64,000 nucleotides of DNA from contig JBAXQO010000003.1 of NCBI GenBank assembly GCA_037131675.1, positions 2,487 through 66,486 on the forward strand, read 5' to 3'. Within the stretch, counting starts at the first letter, position 1; each line of letters begins with the position of its first letter. The stretch comes from a bacterium. GTDB taxonomy: Bacteria; Patescibacteriota; Minisyncoccia; Phycocordibacterales; CAIZIN01. The notes beneath the pieces are model-generated. The model was given only the letters and a program-made list of their open reading frames with translations, made no database searches and was not told where the DNA came from. Positions 59,104 through 64,000 of the stretch are shown in pieces. A program made the position numbers and the translations under genes.

Positions 59104-59167
59104 AGAAAACAAAAACCCACGCCTATGGCGTGGGTTTTTGTTTTATATCTGATATAATAATCTGCAT

Positions 59168-60001
59168 ATGTTATCTTTATTTTTCTTCTTTGCATTTTTG
59201 CTCGGTACTATCATTGGAAGTTTTTTAAATGTTGTTGCGCTTCGCTATGGTACACAGAAAAATCTAGGTGGGCGTTCATCATGTATGAGCTGTAAAAATA
59301 CTCTTTCGTGGTTTGAGCTTATACCTGTGGTAAGTTTTTGTACTCTTGGTGGAAAATGCAGGAACTGTAAAAGTAAAATATCATTCCAGTATCCTTTGGT
59401 TGAAATAGGGATGGGGATCTTGTTTGCTTTAACATATTTGAAATTTTTGCCGATGCTTATGGTTTCACCATTTGTATTTGCTTTTGTCTTTTCTTTTATT
59501 GTTGTGGTGTTTTCAATTCTTGTGGTTATTGTGGTCTATGACATTCATCACAAAATGATACCCAATCCTCTCGTGTATTGGTTTATAGGGCTTTCATTTC
59601 TATGGGTAATAATGCTTCGCGGTGTTCCAGGTATTTTCATGTTTCCTGCGGTTCTAGACTTGTTAGCTGGGCCTTTGATGGCTTTGCCTTTTGCGCTGCT
59701 TTGGCTTGTATCTTCAGGAAGGTGGATAGGTTTTGGTGACGCAAAGCTCGCTCTTGGTATTGGTTGGTTTTTGGGAATAGTGGGTGGAGTCTCGGCTATA
59801 GCACTTGGTTTTTGGATTGGGGCCGCGGTAAGTATTGTACTTCTTCTGCTTTCAAAATTTGGAAAAGGAAAAGGAAAAATAAAAATAACTCGCACTACAG
59901 AAATACCTTTTGCACCATTTTTAGTTTTCGGTCTTTTAATTGTTTTCTTTTTTAACTTTGATTTCTTCTATATAAGAGATTTAATCGCGTATGTATTCTA
60001 A
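59168..60001 (+). CDS. pilD: Prepilin peptidase
   Basis: GSFLNV, CxxC...CxxC, GFGDAKL, IPFAPFL. Confidence 0.96.
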   Translation: MLSLFFFFAFLLGTIIGSFLNVVALRYGTQKNLGGRSSCMSCKNTLSWFELIPVVSFCTLGGKCRNCKSKISFQYPLVEIGMGILFALTYLKFLPMLMVSPFVFAFVFSFIVVVFSILVVIVVYDIHHKMIPNPLVYWFIGLSFLWVIMLRGVPGIFMFPAVLDLLAGPLMALPFALLWLVSSGRWIGFGDAKLALGIGWFLGIVGGVSAIALGFWIGAAVSIVLLLLSKFGKGKGKIKITRTTEIPFAPFLVFGLLIVFFFNFDFFYIRDLIAYVF

Positions 60002-60677
60002 GAAAAAAATAAATAAAAATAGTGGTTTTTCGCTCGTTGAGCTTATGGTTGTTATAGGTATCATGGCAGTCATATCTGGTGTTTCTATTTTTAATTATGG
60101 AAAATTTTCTAGTACCTTAGTGGTGACAAACTTAGCATATCAAGCCGCTCTTGCAGTGCGTGAAGCTCAGGTGTACGGAATTTCGGTGAAACAAACAGGT
60201 ATGGGAACATCCGCCAACTTCAATTCTCCATATGGGGTTTGGTTCAGTACGGATGATCCATCCTTTCATCTTTTTTCGGATAGGGGTACTTTACCCAATA
60301 ATCAATATTCAATTGATGAAAATGAGGAAACATATGTATTGGGGGGCGGTAATAAAATTTCATATTTTTGCGTAACTTTTTCCAGTGGAAGATATTGCAG
60401 TAATGGAACACATGGCTTAAGTGCCATTTCTATAATTTTTAAGAGACCAGAGCCAAATGCTCTTATATATGGTTTTACTGGAAGTTCTGCATCTGGGTAT
60501 TTTGGTGTTGACGCTTCTAATCCAACCTTTAGTGATGCTCAGGTGATGTTCACTTCTGCTAAGGGTGATAAAATATCGCGTATAAACGTTACAAGCACGG
60601 GTCAAATATCGGTTAATTCCTGCAATAACGATGGGGCACACGATGTGCATAGTTGTCCAACAGAAACAAACTTTTAA
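59991..60677 (+). CDS. Minor pilin (FimT/GspH-like)
   Basis: SG|FSLVELMVV. Confidence 0.88.
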   Translation: MYSKKKINKNSGFSLVELMVVIGIMAVISGVSIFNYGKFSSTLVVTNLAYQAALAVREAQVYGISVKQTGMGTSANFNSPYGVWFSTDDPSFHLFSDRGTLPNNQYSIDENEETYVLGGGNKISYFCVTFSSGRYCSNGTHGLSAISIIFKRPEPNALIYGFTGSSASGYFGVDASNPTFSDAQVMFTSAKGDKISRINVTSTGQISVNSCNNDGAHDVHSCPTETNF

Positions 60678-60678
60678 C

Positions 60679-61182
60679 ATGATAAACAAAAAAAAATCCC
60701 AAAAAGGTTTTACTCTTATTGAGATGATGGTCTCAGTTTCTATTTTTGCTATTGTTGTAATGATTTCCATGGGCGCTATTTTCACAGTTGTTGATTCAAA
60801 CAAAAAAGCACAGTCGTTGAAGTCTGTGATGAATAATCTGAACTTTGCCCTTGAAACCATGACAAGAACAATCAAGACAGGACAAATGCAGTCTTTTACT
60901 AGTGGGGGAAATACAATATCAACCCAAATTTTTGATCCTACTATTAGTAATGTAACATATACTTACAGAACAGATGCTAGTGGTGTGGGGTACGTTGAGC
61001 TTTCAAGGGATGGTGTTGTGTCTCGTATTACTGCCCCTGAAGTAAATATAACAAACTTGAAGTTTTACGGAGTAAAACCAATGGTGGTTATGGTGGTACA
61101 GGGGACTGTAAAACTAGATGAGCGTATAAGTTCAGATTTTAATATTCAAACCACTGTCACTCAGCGGCTTCCAAATAATTAG
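60679..61182 (+). CDS. Minor pilin (PilW/GspJ-like; ATG at 60679 preferred)
   Basis: KG|FTLIEMMV. Confidence 0.88.
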   Translation: MINKKKSQKGFTLIEMMVSVSIFAIVVMISMGAIFTVVDSNKKAQSLKSVMNNLNFALETMTRTIKTGQMQSFTSGGNTISTQIFDPTISNVTYTYRTDASGVGYVELSRDGVVSRITAPEVNITNLKFYGVKPMVVMVVQGTVKLDERISSDFNIQTTVTQRLPNN

Positions 61183-61820
61183 TGATTATGAAATTTACTT
61201 CAAATAAAAAAGGATTTACCCAGACACCAACTTCTGTCTTAAAAGCTTTTTATCGATACCTTTCATCGCAGCATCACTCAATAAAACAGAATTTGGTGTC
61301 CGGGTTTACTCTTGTTGAAACACTTGTTGCTATTTCAATACTTATGCTTGCTGTTACTGGTCCAGTGTATTTTGCATCAGAAAGTTTGAAAGCTGCAATA
61401 TATGCTAGAGATCAAATTACTGCATTTTATCTTGCTCAAGATGCATTTGAACAGATTCGGGGGTTGAGAGTTAATAATATTGCTAATAATAGTCCGTGGC
61501 TAAATGGAATTTCTGGTGTGTGCGACAGTTTATGTAAAATTGATCCATATTCTAATTTGAACTCCAACTCTTATCCTTTGGCGTGTGGAAGTGATTGTGG
61601 ACAAATAAAAAAAACACTTGATGGTAGGTATGGTTATGGTTCTAATTCAGATTGGACTGATACGCCATTCAATAGATCTATCAAGGTAGAAACTACTGAA
61701 ACTGATAATGGTACACCACCATCAGCGACTGAGGTTAAAGTTACGGTAACAATTACCTGGAGATCCGGTACTATAGATAGAGTATTTACTGCTTATGAAT
61801 TTTTGCGTAACGTAAGCTAA
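61182..61820 (+). CDS. Minor pilin (PilV-like) with 30-codon insertion in the leader
   Basis: KKGFT-QTPT...NLVSG|FTLVETLVA. Confidence 0.88.
   Translation: MIMKFTSNKKGFTQTPTSVLKAFYRYLSSQHHSIKQNLVSGFTLVETLVAISILMLAVTGPVYFASESLKAAIYARDQITAFYLAQDAFEQIRGLRVNNIANNSPWLNGISGVCDSLCKIDPYSNLNSNSYPLACGSDCGQIKKTLDGRYGYGSNSDWTDTPFNRSIKVETTETDNGTPPSATEVKVTVTITWRSGTIDRVFTAYEFLRNVS
61215..61309. mobile_element. MITE-like inverted-repeat insertion at prepilin cleavage site, copy 1
   Basis: 17/19 inverted repeats, TTTAC repeated 90 nt apart. Confidence 0.7.
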
Positions 61821-61867
61821 AATATGAGACAAAAAAGATTTACCCAGGCACCAACTTTTAGATAATT

Positions 61868-64000
<2,133 letters not shown>

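Overview
AT-rich bacterial chromosome segment that looks like Patescibacteria/CPR (Parcubacteria-like). This is an inference from the missing rpmD/L30, the AT-rich and often very short leaders, a standalone VirD4-like ATPase and the type IV pilus/comF cluster. In order, the window contains the 3' end of tuf and the S10/spc ribosomal protein cluster (split by internal terminators and promoters, and interrupted by a secreted repeat protein). Next come secY-adk-map, ndk, a compact 6S RNA, a large B-lectin surface protein and infC-rpmI-rplT. These are followed by a 5.2-kb serine-recombinase island at the 3' end of tmRNA, smpB, ftsH, tRNA-Ile(UAU), recG, tRNA-Ser(GCU), ung, rarA, a full type IV pilus locus and the 5' part of ligA. 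Main leads: (1) a ~90-bp inverted-repeat element inserted twice exactly at the G|F prepilin cleavage site of adjacent minor pilins; (2) an att site inside the integrase gene, so that excision would swap the integrase C-terminus; (3) unassigned, strongly structured RNA candidates at ~27054-27424 (-) and 29841-29978 (+); (4) hairpin-stuffed inverted copies of tRNA/tmRNA 3' ends. All structures were paired by eye; no searches or folding programs were run.
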